From: Hyalangium minutum
Lineage (GTDB): Bacteria > Myxococcota > Myxococcia > Myxococcales > Myxococcaceae
Direction: 5' to 3'
Length of the DNA stretch: 64,000 nt
Assembly: GCF_000737315.1 (NCBI RefSeq)
Contig: NZ_JMCB01000006.1
Location: forward strand, 620,001 to 684,000
The position numbers and the translations under genes are program-made. Shown in pieces: positions 54,457 through 64,000 of this stretch. Within the stretch, counting starts at the first letter, position 1, and every line of letters begins with the position of its first letter. The notes beneath the pieces were generated by a model. The model ran no database searches and was not told the DNA's origin. It worked only from the letters and a program-made list of their open reading frames with translations.

Positions 54457-55176
54457 TCAGGTAGGCCCGTCGTACCGGCTTGAGGTTGAGGCATGGCTCG
54501 AAGTTCCCAGGCGGGGAACACCCAGAGCTTGCCGATTCGCAAGAGCCGCATGAATCTCAGCTCCACGTCGAGCCATGAGGACTTCGAGGTAAGGCTTCAG
54601 AACCCGCGTCACATGGCAGATGTCGCCGAAGTGCAGGATTTCTTCGGGTGTGCAGACCCCTGCCAGGAGCGCATCCCGAAGCGCACGAACCGCTCCTGGA
54701 AAGCCGAGCTTGCCTCGGTACTTGAAGAGGTCCGCCACGGTCTTCGCCACGCCATAGACGCGCACGGGCACGCCGAAGTCGGAGTGGTGCTCGACGCCTT
54801 CGGAGAGCGCGGCCCCGGAGAAACGGACGATGTGGAGCGGTGGTTGCTGCCGGCGCGGGCGCCGTGCCTTCTCCCCGATGGCCAGAAACACCTCAGGAGG
54901 TTCCTCACGAAGCAGGCCATGGAAGTAGAGCGCCGACGAGAGGCACACCACAGCCTGCGGCACACACTTGGCGGCCACGGTCGTCCTGCTGAAGGACCCA
55001 TTTGTTCGACCCCAGATGCCAGGAGCCACTTCTCGGAGTTCGACCCGGAGGCGTGGACGCGGAATGCCATGCGCTTCCACGTCCCGAAGCCGTAGCAGTC
55101 CCAGCTTGCTCGCCAGCTCCGAGGCGGACGGACGCGTGAATCGATCTGGTCTCGCCCTCAACCTGTTGCTCGCCAC
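54457..55176 (-). CDS. type IV TA antitoxin AbiEi-family regulator (no toxin seen)
   Basis: AVVCLSSALYFHGL, VRVYGVAKTVADLFKYR. GTG start at 55176 is inferred. Confidence 0.78.
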   Translation of the reverse strand: MASNRLRARPDRFTRPSASELASKLGLLRLRDVEAHGIPRPRLRVELREVAPGIWGRTNGSFSRTTVAAKCVPQAVVCLSSALYFHGLLREEPPEVFLAIGEKARRPRRQQPPLHIVRFSGAALSEGVEHHSDFGVPVRVYGVAKTVADLFKYRGKLGFPGAVRALRDALLAGVCTPEEILHFGDICHVTRVLKPYLEVLMARRGAEIHAALANRQALGVPRLGTSSHASTSSRYDGPT

Positions 55177-55274
55177 CCTGCACCCCCTTCCCCACAAAAG
55201 CCGCCCGTACTTTCCCCAGCCGGTCTGACATGCCTCCGGTTCATCCCTGCGCGGAGACGAAGGAACCTCCTGCT

Positions 55275-55335
55275 CACCTGTTCGGAAATGTCGGGGGTTT
55301 TGTGCCTTAAAAGTCCCGACATTTCCGAACAGGTG
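55275..55335. repeat. perfect 21-bp inverted repeat, probable AbiEi operator
   Basis: CACCTGTTCGGAAATGTCGGG-19 nt-CCCGACATTTCCGAACAGGTG upstream of the AbiEi gene. Confidence 0.8.
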
Positions 55336-55560
55336 CTGCGAGGCTCTCCCATGCCCCGTGATGGCTTTGGCCAGAGACTGCGCCACTCCGCTCGACAGTT
55401 CCTGGGGCCTCAGGCCGTCCGCACGGACTCCGCGCGCTCATCAGGATCCGGGAACTGGCGGCTGGCGAGTCGGCTTCAGCCCAAGAGGCCCCGTCAATTC
55501 TTTGGGAAACTTGATCTCGTTAATCATGTGCTGATCGGAAGCACCCGCACCGATCCGCAC

Positions 55561-56934
55561 TCAGGGCTCGGACTGGACCGCCGCGCTCGCGGTGGAGTCC
55601 TCGCGGCGACGTAGCTCCGGAGAGGCCACCTCGAAGCCTTCCGGCAGCATCTTCAAAATGCCCGCGCGCCGGAACTTGTGCGTCGTCAGCCGATGCTCCA
55701 ACACCGCCCGCTCCTTCTTCAGCTCTGCCTTCTCCTTGCGATCGGTGGGCTCGGGCCGGCCGTCCAGCAGCGACACCCGCTCCTGAATGGCCCCCAGCTC
55801 ACGGTCGATCAGCACCGGCTGGATGTTGCGCAGCTCCTTCTTCTTGCGCGTGCGCGCATTGTTCTCGATCCACACCGGCAGCACCGAGACTCCATCCAGC
55901 TCCACCGGCCCGCCCGCCTCCCTCCGAGTGAATGACACCCGCAGCAGCATCGAGTCCCGCGTGTCCCCCTGCTTGTCCGACTTGCCCGGCTGGTACGCAT
56001 AGAACCGCGACTGGTTTGCCACCAGGTTCCCCAGCGAGTACGCGATCAGCGCCTTGCGCCCCTCGGCCGTCGTGTACGACTCCAGGGGCTGCAGCACATG
56101 TGGGTGGTGCCCAATCACCGCGCCCGCGCCCGCGTCGATCAGCGCCCGGGCCACCTGCTTCTCCTCGGGCCTCGGCTGCCCCGCGTACTCCGTGCCCCAG
56201 TGCACCATGACGATCAACACGTCACACCGCGCCGCCGCCATGCGCACCCGCTCCACCGCATGCTCCACGCTCACGCCCCGGTTCTTCACGTGCACCGGGT
56301 ACGGCACATAGGCCACATGGGCCTCGGCCGGATCCTTCGGGTTGCTGTAGCCGTTCAGCCACCGGGTGAAGGACAGGAAGCCCAACCGCACCCCCTTCAC
56401 CTCCATCACCACCGGCTCCCACGCCGTCTCGAGCGAGACCCCCGTCCCCGTGTGTTGAATGCCCGCCGCATCCAGGTGCCGCAGCGTCTCCAGCACTCCC
56501 GTCAGGTGCTGATCCCTCGCGTGGTTGTTACCCGTGGAGACGACCTTCACCCCCGCCGCCGCCAGCGCGCGCACCATCGCCGAGGGCGCATTGAACAAGA
56601 GCTCCCGCGTCACCGCCTTCTTGTTGTCCGTGACGGGCGTCTCCAGGTTCACCACCGCCACGTCCGACGTGCGCAGCACATCCGCGATGGGCCCGAAGAC
56701 ATGATCCCAACCTTCATTGTTCAGCGAGAGCGCCGGCGCGCCCTTCTCCTCGGCGGGGGCGGTGCGCGCGTGCTCCTCGGCCACCTGCTTCACCGCGCCG
56801 TGCGGAATCACATCCCCGCCGAAGACGAGCTCCACGCGGGACGGAGCCGCCGGAGTCTGGGCGCACAGCAGGGGAGCCAGCAGGAGGACGGGAACGAGCA
56901 CGTCCCCCAGCTTAATCGACTCTCCGACATGCAC
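55561..56934 (-). CDS. CapA family (PGA_cap) metallophosphatase
   Basis: GGDV, VNLETP, GNNHARD, HWGTEY, IGHHPHVLQ, YSLGNL. Confidence 0.9.
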   Translation of the reverse strand: MHVGESIKLGDVLVPVLLLAPLLCAQTPAAPSRVELVFGGDVIPHGAVKQVAEEHARTAPAEEKGAPALSLNNEGWDHVFGPIADVLRTSDVAVVNLETPVTDNKKAVTRELLFNAPSAMVRALAAAGVKVVSTGNNHARDQHLTGVLETLRHLDAAGIQHTGTGVSLETAWEPVVMEVKGVRLGFLSFTRWLNGYSNPKDPAEAHVAYVPYPVHVKNRGVSVEHAVERVRMAAARCDVLIVMVHWGTEYAGQPRPEEKQVARALIDAGAGAVIGHHPHVLQPLESYTTAEGRKALIAYSLGNLVANQSRFYAYQPGKSDKQGDTRDSMLLRVSFTRREAGGPVELDGVSVLPVWIENNARTRKKKELRNIQPVLIDRELGAIQERVSLLDGRPEPTDRKEKAELKKERAVLEHRLTTHKFRRAGILKMLPEGFEVASPELRRREDSTASAAVQSEP

Positions 56935-56973
56935 GGGAGGGTGGCCCCTCCCGGATCAGTCCACTGCTACAGC

Positions 56974-58458
56974 TCAGCTCATCCACGAGCCATCGGTGCG
57001 CGCCGTCCACTTGCGCGTCACCTTCTTCAGGTAGCTCCAGAAGTCCACGCCGCCCTGGCCGGTGATGTCCCCGTGGCCGAAGCGCGAGTCATTGATGCCA
57101 CCGAAGGAGAACGGCTCGCGCGGCACCGGCACGCCCACGTTCACACCCACCATGCCCGCCCGGGAGTTGTCCACCACGTGCTGCGCCACCGCGCCGTTCG
57201 TCGTGAACACCGAGGCCGCGTTGCCGTACGGCGAGGCGTGCTGCAGCTCCATCGCCGCCGTCAGCGTGGGCACGCGCACAATCGAGATGACCGGCCCAAA
57301 CAGCTCCTTCTGCGCCGACTCCATCTCCGGACGCACGTGGTCCAGGATGGTGGGGCCCATCCAGTTGCCGCCCGCCCACGCCGCCCCCGAGGGCTTCTTG
57401 CCGCGCCCGTCCAGCAGCACCTTGGCGCCCTCGGACTGGGCCTTGGCGATGGCCGCCTCCAGCCGCTCCTGCGCCGCCTTGTCGATGAGCGCGCCCATGC
57501 CCGGGCCCACCTCCATCGAGGCTGCGCGCCGCACCATCTCGTCGATGATGGGCTGCACATCGCCCACCGCCACCATCAGGCTGGCCGCCATGCAGCGCTG
57601 GCCCGCGCACCCGGTGAACGAGTCCACCACCGCCTGCGGCGTGAACACCGGATCCGCATCCGGCACGACAATCAGGGCGTTCTTCGCGCCGCCCAGCGCC
57701 AGCACCCGCTTCCCGCGCGCCGTGCCCTCCGTGTACACGCGCTTGGCGATCGCCGTGGAGCCCACGAAGCCCACCGCCTGGATGTCCGGGTGCGCCAGGA
57801 TGCCCTCCACCGCCTCCTTGCCACCGTGGATGATGGAGAAGACGCCCGGAGGCACGCCCGCCTCCAGCAGCAGCTCGCCCAGCAGCAGCGAGGTGAGCGG
57901 CACCTTCTCGGAAGGCTTGAGGATGAACGCGTTGCCCACCGTGAGCGCGTTGGGAATCATCCACAGCGGCACCATCGCCGGGAAGTTGAACGGGGTGATG
58001 CCCGCCACCACGCCCAGCGGCTCGCGCTTGAACTCGCAGGTGACGCCGCGGCTCACCTCCAGGGCCCCGCCCGTGTCCAGGTTCTGCACGGAGAGCGCGA
58101 AGTCACACACCTCGATGCCCTTGAGCACCCCGGCGCGCGCCTCGCCAATCGTCTTGCCCGCCTCGCGCGCCGCCGAGTTGGCCAGCTTCTCCAGGTTCTG
58201 CTCCAGCAGCATGCGGAACTTCATCATGCGCGCCGTCCTGTCCCGCAGGCCCATGGCGCGCCAGCCCTCGGCGGCCTTCTTTGCCGCCTCCACCACCGGC
58301 GCCACTCCCGCCGCCGAAGTCATGGGGACGCGGCCGATGACGCCCCCCGTATAGGGACTGCGCACATCGAGCATCTCGGCGCCCGTGGGCGTCACCCACT
58401 CCCCACCTACGAGGTTGCGGCCAATGATCGGACTGTCAGGAAGCTGGACGTAGGACAC
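56974..58458 (-). CDS. mmsA: CoA-acylating methylmalonate-semialdehyde dehydrogenase
   Basis: ITPFNFPAMVP, KPSEKVP, FVGST, GCAGQRCMA, ELFGPV, VGVNVGVPVP. Confidence 0.92.
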   Translation of the reverse strand: MSYVQLPDSPIIGRNLVGGEWVTPTGAEMLDVRSPYTGGVIGRVPMTSAAGVAPVVEAAKKAAEGWRAMGLRDRTARMMKFRMLLEQNLEKLANSAAREAGKTIGEARAGVLKGIEVCDFALSVQNLDTGGALEVSRGVTCEFKREPLGVVAGITPFNFPAMVPLWMIPNALTVGNAFILKPSEKVPLTSLLLGELLLEAGVPPGVFSIIHGGKEAVEGILAHPDIQAVGFVGSTAIAKRVYTEGTARGKRVLALGGAKNALIVVPDADPVFTPQAVVDSFTGCAGQRCMAASLMVAVGDVQPIIDEMVRRAASMEVGPGMGALIDKAAQERLEAAIAKAQSEGAKVLLDGRGKKPSGAAWAGGNWMGPTILDHVRPEMESAQKELFGPVISIVRVPTLTAAMELQHASPYGNAASVFTTNGAVAQHVVDNSRAGMVGVNVGVPVPREPFSFGGINDSRFGHGDITGQGGVDFWSYLKKVTRKWTARTDGSWMS

Positions 58459-58704
58459 GCGGACCCTCCCCAGGGTGCGTCACATGGAATGAAGGAATCC
58501 TGGGATCCTACTCCGGCTCGGCCGCTGATCCGCAACAGCCCGCGCCGCCCATCCCCCGCTCGCGTGTCCTCCCTTCAACCCACCTCTCTCTGGGGGCTGA
58601 CCTCGACGCACCGCGTCACCCTCCTTCGTCCCCTTGGCGAGCCCAGCGTCCGGGCTAACGTACGCCTCCTCGATTCCTTCCAGACAGGGCCCAAGGAGAG
58701 CCAG

Positions 58705-60357
58705 ATGAGTACAGAAGGTGCGCGGGTGCGTTGGTGGGTTGCGGGGGCCTTCACGCCCTCGCCCTCGGGCCGGAAGTTCCTGCTGACGAGTGACTCGTTC
58801 GCCTCGGAGCTGGCCAAGGCCGCCTCTGGGCTGCGCGTCACCGTGCCGGATCGGCTGGGTGGCGCCGAGCACCGCACCTTCGAGCTGTCCTTCGACAAGC
58901 TGCGCGCCTTCGGGGTGATGGAGCTCATCTCCTCGGTGCCCGAGTTCAAGAAGCTCCAGGGGCTCACCGAGGGCTTCATGAAGTCGGACCCCTCGCGCCC
59001 CGTCACCCCCGAGGAGGGCGCCGCGCGCATCGCCGACGTGGTGGGCGCCGGCCGCCTGTCCTCCACCGTCTCCGCCGCGCTGGGAGGCAAGCCCCCCGAG
59101 CCGGCCGCGCCCGCTGCCCCGAGCACTCCGGCGGCCTCCAGCGGTGGGGCGGACCTCGTCGGCGAGCTGCTTGCCAATGCCGAGGCCTCCTCTCCGGTGG
59201 CCACCGCCAAGGCGGGCGTGGATGCCTTCATCAAGGCCACGGCTCCCAAGGCGGCGGGCCCCGGCCGCATGAACCCGGATGCCCGGCGAGCGGTGCGCGA
59301 TGCCATCGAGCTGTCCGTCATCCACACCGCGAAGGACATCCTCGCCGCCGAGCCCGTGGCGCGCCTGGAGGCCGCGTGGCGAGGCCTGAAACTCCTGCTG
59401 GAGCAGTGCCCCAGCTCGGCCGGCTTCGCGCTTGAAGTCGTGGACGTGGAGCCCTCGAAGGTAGCGGAGGCGATGGAGCAGGCGGTGAACGCCGAGCCCT
59501 TCGAGCGCCCGGACGTGTGCTTCGTCATCGACGCCACGGACGACGTGGCACAGCTGCGCCGGCTCTCCTCCATCGGCGAGGAGGCCCAAGTGCCGGTGGT
59601 GGTGGCGGTGACGCCCGCGCTGCTGGGCACCTCGCTGGCGGAGCTGCCCACCGCGCTGGAAGACGCGAAGCTCGGCACCCAGGGCGACTGGGCGGAGCTG
59701 CGCAAGGATGACGCCACGCGCTGGCTGTGCCCGGTGCTCAACCGCGTGGTGGCCGCGGCCGAGAAGCGCGGCGCCCTCAACCGCGCCAGCTTCACCAGCC
59801 CTGTGTTCGCAGTGGCGGCGATGCTCTCGGCGAGCTTCCAGGCCACGAGCGGCTTCGCGCGCATCACCGGCCAGCCCGGCGCCCTCCGCGCCCCCGGTGC
59901 CTGGGAGCCCCCGGGCGGCAGGGACGCGGGCTCGGCCTACCCCACCGAGGCGTTCCTCTCCATCCGCGCGCAGACGCGCCTGTCCGAGCTGGGAATCCTC
60001 GGGGTGGGCAGCGGCCGCAACACGGACATGGTGCTGCTCTCCACGGCGCCCATGGCGTGCAGCAATGCCCACGTCATGCCGCTGCCGGCGCAAATCCTGA
60101 CGGGCCGCATCGTCCGCTTCGCGCTGTGGGTGAGAGATCAGCTCCCGGCCGGCTCCAGCGCCCAGGACATGTCCACGCTCTTCTCGCAGGCGGCCGAGGT
60201 GTTCCTCTTCGGCGGCTCGCCGGAGCTGGGCAAGCTGGAGGCGCAGCTGGTGCCCGGCGAGGGCGGCAAGCAGCTCATCAAGGTGGCCGCCGCGGTGAAG
60301 CCAGAGCAGGCGGGTACCCGCTTCCAGCTCGAGTTCTCCCTGCCGCTGCGCCACTGA
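58705..60357 (+). CDS. T6SS contractile sheath TssB-TssC-like fusion (orphan)
   Basis: N-terminus is TssB-like (LRVTVPDRLG..ELSFDKLRAF..SVPEF); central ILAAEPVARLEAAWRGLKLLL is TssC-like. Confidence 0.7.
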   Translation: MSTEGARVRWWVAGAFTPSPSGRKFLLTSDSFASELAKAASGLRVTVPDRLGGAEHRTFELSFDKLRAFGVMELISSVPEFKKLQGLTEGFMKSDPSRPVTPEEGAARIADVVGAGRLSSTVSAALGGKPPEPAAPAAPSTPAASSGGADLVGELLANAEASSPVATAKAGVDAFIKATAPKAAGPGRMNPDARRAVRDAIELSVIHTAKDILAAEPVARLEAAWRGLKLLLEQCPSSAGFALEVVDVEPSKVAEAMEQAVNAEPFERPDVCFVIDATDDVAQLRRLSSIGEEAQVPVVVAVTPALLGTSLAELPTALEDAKLGTQGDWAELRKDDATRWLCPVLNRVVAAAEKRGALNRASFTSPVFAVAAMLSASFQATSGFARITGQPGALRAPGAWEPPGGRDAGSAYPTEAFLSIRAQTRLSELGILGVGSGRNTDMVLLSTAPMACSNAHVMPLPAQILTGRIVRFALWVRDQLPAGSSAQDMSTLFSQAAEVFLFGGSPELGKLEAQLVPGEGGKQLIKVAAAVKPEQAGTRFQLEFSLPLRH

Positions 60358-60401
60358 GCCCTGGCGCTCCAGCGATACTCCTGAGGCACCTCGCCGGTGC
60401 C

Positions 60402-60851
60402 TCACGCTTCTTGCGTCATTCCCGCGAGCAAGCCCTGAGCGCGCTCGGAGAGCAGCGCGGGTGCCACCTTCTGCCGCAGCCCAGCAAACACGCGAGCGTC
60501 CTCTCCCTCGAGGGAGGCACCCAGGGCCCGTGCCTCCAGGAAGAGCTCCAGCGCCAATCCCCACCGCAGCGAGGCCCGGGCCGCCTCGCCCTGCTCCTGG
60601 AACAGCTCCGCTTCCTCGGCCACGAGCCGCGCCAGCCCCACCACGCGCAGCGGCTGTCCCAGCAGCCGGGCGGTGGAGGCCGCATCCGCCATCGTGAGGG
60701 TGGAGTACTCCATGCCGAGCAGCGACAGCGCCGTGTCTCGGAGGAGCTGCTGGGCCTCCCCTGTCTTCCGCTCGCGGCGCAGCTTGAGCAGGGCAGAGAA
60801 CGCGGCGGCAAACTGTTCGATGAGACTTTCGATGTAGTCCTTGCGGATCAT
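60402..60851 (-). CDS. hypothetical helical protein (MIRKDYIESLIEQF...)
   Basis: Start moved to ATG 60851; RBS upstream. Confidence 0.65.
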   Translation of the reverse strand: MIRKDYIESLIEQFAAAFSALLKLRRERKTGEAQQLLRDTALSLLGMEYSTLTMADAASTARLLGQPLRVVGLARLVAEEAELFQEQGEAARASLRWGLALELFLEARALGASLEGEDARVFAGLRQKVAPALLSERAQGLLAGMTQEA

Positions 60852-60989
60852 GGTTCCTCGGGAGCCAGCCTCAGTCCGGGGGCGTGGCGGGTCAAGGGGT
60901 GAGAGGCCTGCTGTCGTGGGGAAGAAGTTCCTTGGCGCGGAGCCTCGTCCTGGGCTCTGCTGGCGCCCGCTTCGGCGAGGAGGCGCTGC

Positions 60990-61403
60990 GTGTTGACGAT
61001 CATCGGTCCTATCTTCCTGGTGGTGGGCTTGGGGCTCCTGGCGGGCTGCTTCGGCGCGTACGCCCGGACGAAGCGCTTCCTGGCCGCCGCGCGCGAGGCC
61101 CGGGCCGAAGTCGTGGGCATGGACGAGCGCCACGGTGGCAGCAGCCAGAGCCGCTCGTACCACCCCATCCTGCGCTACCGGACGCAGGAGGGCGTGACGA
61201 AGGAGATCGTCTCGTCGGTGGGCTCCAACCCGCCGCGCTACAAGAAGGGCGACAGCGTCGCCGTCCTCTACGATCCCGCGAAGCCGGATGACATGCGCAT
61301 CCACAGCTTCGCCAACGTCTGGCTCGTGCCGCTCATTCTGGGCTTCGTGGGCGTCATCTTCATCGTCGTGGGCTCGGTGCTGACGTTCGTCATGGAGCGC
61401 TGA
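60990..61403 (+). CDS. DUF3592 domain membrane protein
   Basis: TM-beta domain-TM; YKKGDSVAVLYDPAKP; GAGGAGG RBS. Confidence 0.85.
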   Translation: MLTIIGPIFLVVGLGLLAGCFGAYARTKRFLAAAREARAEVVGMDERHGGSSQSRSYHPILRYRTQEGVTKEIVSSVGSNPPRYKKGDSVAVLYDPAKPDDMRIHSFANVWLVPLILGFVGVIFIVVGSVLTFVMER

Positions 61404-61591
61404 CAGCTCAATGAGCCCCTCCGCCTTCAACTGCCGCAGCACCAGCGGCACGTGTCGCGTGAGACTCCGGCACAAGCCGTCTCGAGCTCCGAGCTCGAAA
61501 AGGGCTCTCGCCGGCTCATCACCGCTTCACGCACCTGCTCGCTCGTGGCGCCGCGGCCGCTGCGGATCTGCCCCATTCCTGCCCTTGGCCC

Positions 61592-62176
61592 CTACCTGCC
61601 ACCTGTAGGAGCGGGCGCCGCGCGAGGCTCGGTGTCCGCCGCCCGCCAGGGCCAGCCGCCGCCCGGCAGCCCGAGCGCCGCGTAGAGGTCCCTCAGCCCC
61701 GAGCAGAACACGCCCACCGCCATCAGACCGAGCACGAGGCGCAGGGCCTCGGGCACGGGCACAGGCTCCACGGCCAGCTCCGTGGGCAGCTGCCACGCCG
61801 CGAGCAGCACGGGAGCAACGTGGCCCAGCACCGCGCCATAGAGGATGCCCATCACCGCGTGCGTGCAGCGCTCGCCGGGGAACACGCCGCCCAGGGGCTT
61901 GCGCACGCGGTCCTCCACCACGAAGTCCGCGAGGGTGATTCCAATCTCCGTCACGATGATGACCGCGAGCACCGCGGCCCACGCGCCCCTCCACGCCACC
62001 CACGGCAGGCTCCCGAAGAGGAGCGCGTAGAAGAAGTCGCGCACGGCATGGAGCATCAGCTCGGGCCGGGTGCCTGGAACACCTCCGGGCAGGCGCGCGC
62101 GCCACTCGTGGTAGTAGAGCGTGTCGAACGCGCCCAGCGCTCCTTGGATGGCGAGCAGCCACAGCGCGGTGCTCAT
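61592..62176 (-). CDS. hypothetical membrane protein
   Basis: QGALGAFDTLYYHE; about 5 TM helices; overlaps the DUF4166 gene stop. Confidence 0.7.
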   Translation of the reverse strand: MSTALWLLAIQGALGAFDTLYYHEWRARLPGGVPGTRPELMLHAVRDFFYALLFGSLPWVAWRGAWAAVLAVIIVTEIGITLADFVVEDRVRKPLGGVFPGERCTHAVMGILYGAVLGHVAPVLLAAWQLPTELAVEPVPVPEALRLVLGLMAVGVFCSGLRDLYAALGLPGGGWPWRAADTEPRAAPAPTGGR

Positions 62177-62790
62177 GGCGCCTCCTCCTCCGGCCTCACG
62201 AGCCCCTCATAAGTGAGCAGCCACCCCGCCATCGAGGAGCCAACCGTCACTCGTACCTGCATTCCTTCTGGGACTCCCAGGGCCGTGGCCTCGATGCGTG
62301 GGGCGAGCACCCGAGGCAGCGGCAGCCGCAGCGGCCCCAGGCAGAGCCAGGCACCGACCTGCTCATAGGCGATGCCTCCCTCCACTGGGCGCACCTGAAA
62401 CACACACTCCACCGGGCCGAGCTGTTCACCGATCAGCCCCCCCTCCCGGGCGCGCTGCACCGTGGTGAGCACATGTCCACCGAAGCTGCGCTCCCAGCGC
62501 TGCAGGGCCCCGTCCTGCTGGACCACGAGCCGGGTGGGCACCTGCTCACCGGCCACTGGAAAGCGGCAGAGCCATCCCAGCACCGCGGACATCACCCCCG
62601 CGCCCCGGCGAATCGTAAAAGGGCCTCGGGCACATCCCGGCTCGTGCAGGCGGCGCACGGTGGCAGGCAGCCCGGACCAGCGAGGCCCCAGCACCTCCTT
62701 ATAGAGCGAGGAGCCCTGCAGCTGTCTGAGCATGGGGGCGGCAGCCGCCACGAACGTGGACCTCCCAAAGAGACTGAAGGCCCGCAGCAT
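62173..62790 (-). CDS. DUF4166 domain protein
   Basis: LGPRWSGLPATVRRLH, WERSFGG, LLTYEG. Confidence 0.75.
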   Translation of the reverse strand: MLRAFSLFGRSTFVAAAAPMLRQLQGSSLYKEVLGPRWSGLPATVRRLHEPGCARGPFTIRRGAGVMSAVLGWLCRFPVAGEQVPTRLVVQQDGALQRWERSFGGHVLTTVQRAREGGLIGEQLGPVECVFQVRPVEGGIAYEQVGAWLCLGPLRLPLPRVLAPRIEATALGVPEGMQVRVTVGSSMAGWLLTYEGLVRPEEEAP

Positions 62791-62838
62791 ACGCCGCGCG
62801 TGCCCCCGGCCGCGACCCGCCTCCCGGCCACTCCCGGG

Positions 62839-64000
62839 TCAGAGGTAGCGGCCGATGAGCCGGGGGAACTGCTCGGCCAGCCGCTGGAGCAGCCCTCGCC
62901 GCAGCCAGCCGCTCGCGTGGATCTCCCGCGCATGCCCCAGGTCGTGCTCGAAGTCCTGGGCCAGCTCGCCCGCCAGCGCCAAGTCCTCCACCACCAGCGA
63001 GCCCTCCTCCACCACATCCAGCGAGAGCGGATCCATGTTCGTCGACCCGATGACGCTCAGCCGGTCGTCCACGACGATCGTCTTGGAGTGCATCATCGAC
63101 AGCTCGTACTCCCAGATGCGCACCCCGGCCGCGAGCAGCCGCGCATACGAGCCCCGCTGCCCCTCATGCACCACCTTCACATCGTGGTGGCGCCCCGGCA
63201 CCAGCACCCGCACGTCCACGCCCTCCTTTGCCTTCAGGATGAGCAGGTCGCTGATGTCCTGGGGCGGGATGAAGTAGGCGTTGGCGATCCACAGCCGGTG
63301 GCGGGCCGCGGCGATCGCCACCATCGTCATCCGCTTTCCATCCGAGAGGTAGAGCTCTCCCGTGCTGGCCACGAAGCCCGCGCGGGCCTCGCCGGCCGGT
63401 GAGAGCGCCGGGAAGCACGCCTCGGGAAGAAAGCTTCCGCCTGCCTCTTGCCAGTTCTCCGCAAAGGCCTGCTGGAGCTGCCGCACGGCGGGGCCCCACA
63501 CCCGGACATTGCTATCGCGCCACTCGTCGGCGTTGCGTGCGTCTCCCTCCCAGCTCTTCCAGATGCCCCACCCTCCGGTGATGCCGACTTCGCCATCGCG
63601 CACCACCAGCTTGCGGTGCATCCGCGACAGCATGCGCGTCAACTGAAGCGAGGCGATGGCCCCCTGGACGGACCGGAAGACGCGCGTCTCGCAGCCCACC
63701 GCCGCCAGCCGAGGGGCCACGGCCTCGAAGTTGATGCTCCCCATCGCATCCACGAGCACCCGGCACTCCACCCCCGGCTGCCGCTCGCTCAGCGCGCGGA
63801 TCAACCGGTCCGAGGGCTCTCCCGGCCGCCAGATGTAGCTGAGGATGTGGATGCTGGAGCGTGCCGCGCGCACCTCCTCCTCGATGGCATCGAAGATGCG
63901 CCCATTGTTCACCCGCTCCACTCGATGGCCCGGCTCCAGCGCCACGCCCGTGGATTGGAAGAAGGCCTGAGACAGTCCCTCGGGCCCATCGGGCACGCTC
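62839..64000 (-). CDS. phospholipase D / cardiolipin synthase-like protein (N-terminus beyond the window)
   Basis: Two HKD motifs: HRKLVVRD and HSKTIVVDD. Confidence 0.88.
   Translation of the reverse strand, partial: SVPDGPEGLSQAFFQSTGVALEPGHRVERVNNGRIFDAIEEEVRAARSSIHILSYIWRPGEPSDRLIRALSERQPGVECRVLVDAMGSINFEAVAPRLAAVGCETRVFRSVQGAIASLQLTRMLSRMHRKLVVRDGEVGITGGWGIWKSWEGDARNADEWRDSNVRVWGPAVRQLQQAFAENWQEAGGSFLPEACFPALSPAGEARAGFVASTGELYLSDGKRMTMVAIAAARHRLWIANAYFIPPQDISDLLILKAKEGVDVRVLVPGRHHDVKVVHEGQRGSYARLLAAGVRIWEYELSMMHSKTIVVDDRLSVIGSTNMDPLSLDVVEEGSLVVEDLALAGELAQDFEHDLGHAREIHASGWLRRGLLQRLAEQFPRLIGRYL

Noticed and set aside
56098-58704. 1419-aa ORF 56098-60357 as one giant protein
   Set aside because: The first ~870 codons are antisense to capA and mmsA; the real gene starts at ATG 58705 after a GGAG RBS.

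Overview
High-GC myxobacterial DNA (Cystobacterineae-like, by inference). About 14.2-48.7 kb is a defence-rich accessory region ending at leuS. The standout is an Mx162/Sa163-type (type XIII) retron with TWO msr-msd ncRNA loci but only ONE reverse transcriptase. The copies (30152-30429 and 43883-44160) are 13,731 bp apart, equal in length and identical over 118 bp of msr. Their msd hairpin arms are completely different yet each is (near-)perfectly paired. Copy 1 has no RT and sits behind the WD40/HEAT and wHTH-SWIM genes; copy 2 precedes the RT. A third ARM/HEAT-like gene at 3039-5768 shares a promoter element with the WD40/HEAT gene, which suggests a dispersed multi-part retron. Other defence-like content: a viperin plus dNMP-kinase pair behind a membrane-anchored ECF sigma factor, an ABC-ATPase-methyltransferase fusion, an AAA-PD-(D/E)XK protein, a radical SAM plus PLP-enzyme pair, two PilA paralogs, McrBC, Uma2 and an orphan AbiEi with a 21-bp inverted repeat. 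A LacI-controlled beta-1,3-glucan cluster (GH1, GH16, GH64-like, GH3) lies between the two ncRNA copies. All calls come from motif reading and recall; no searches were run.
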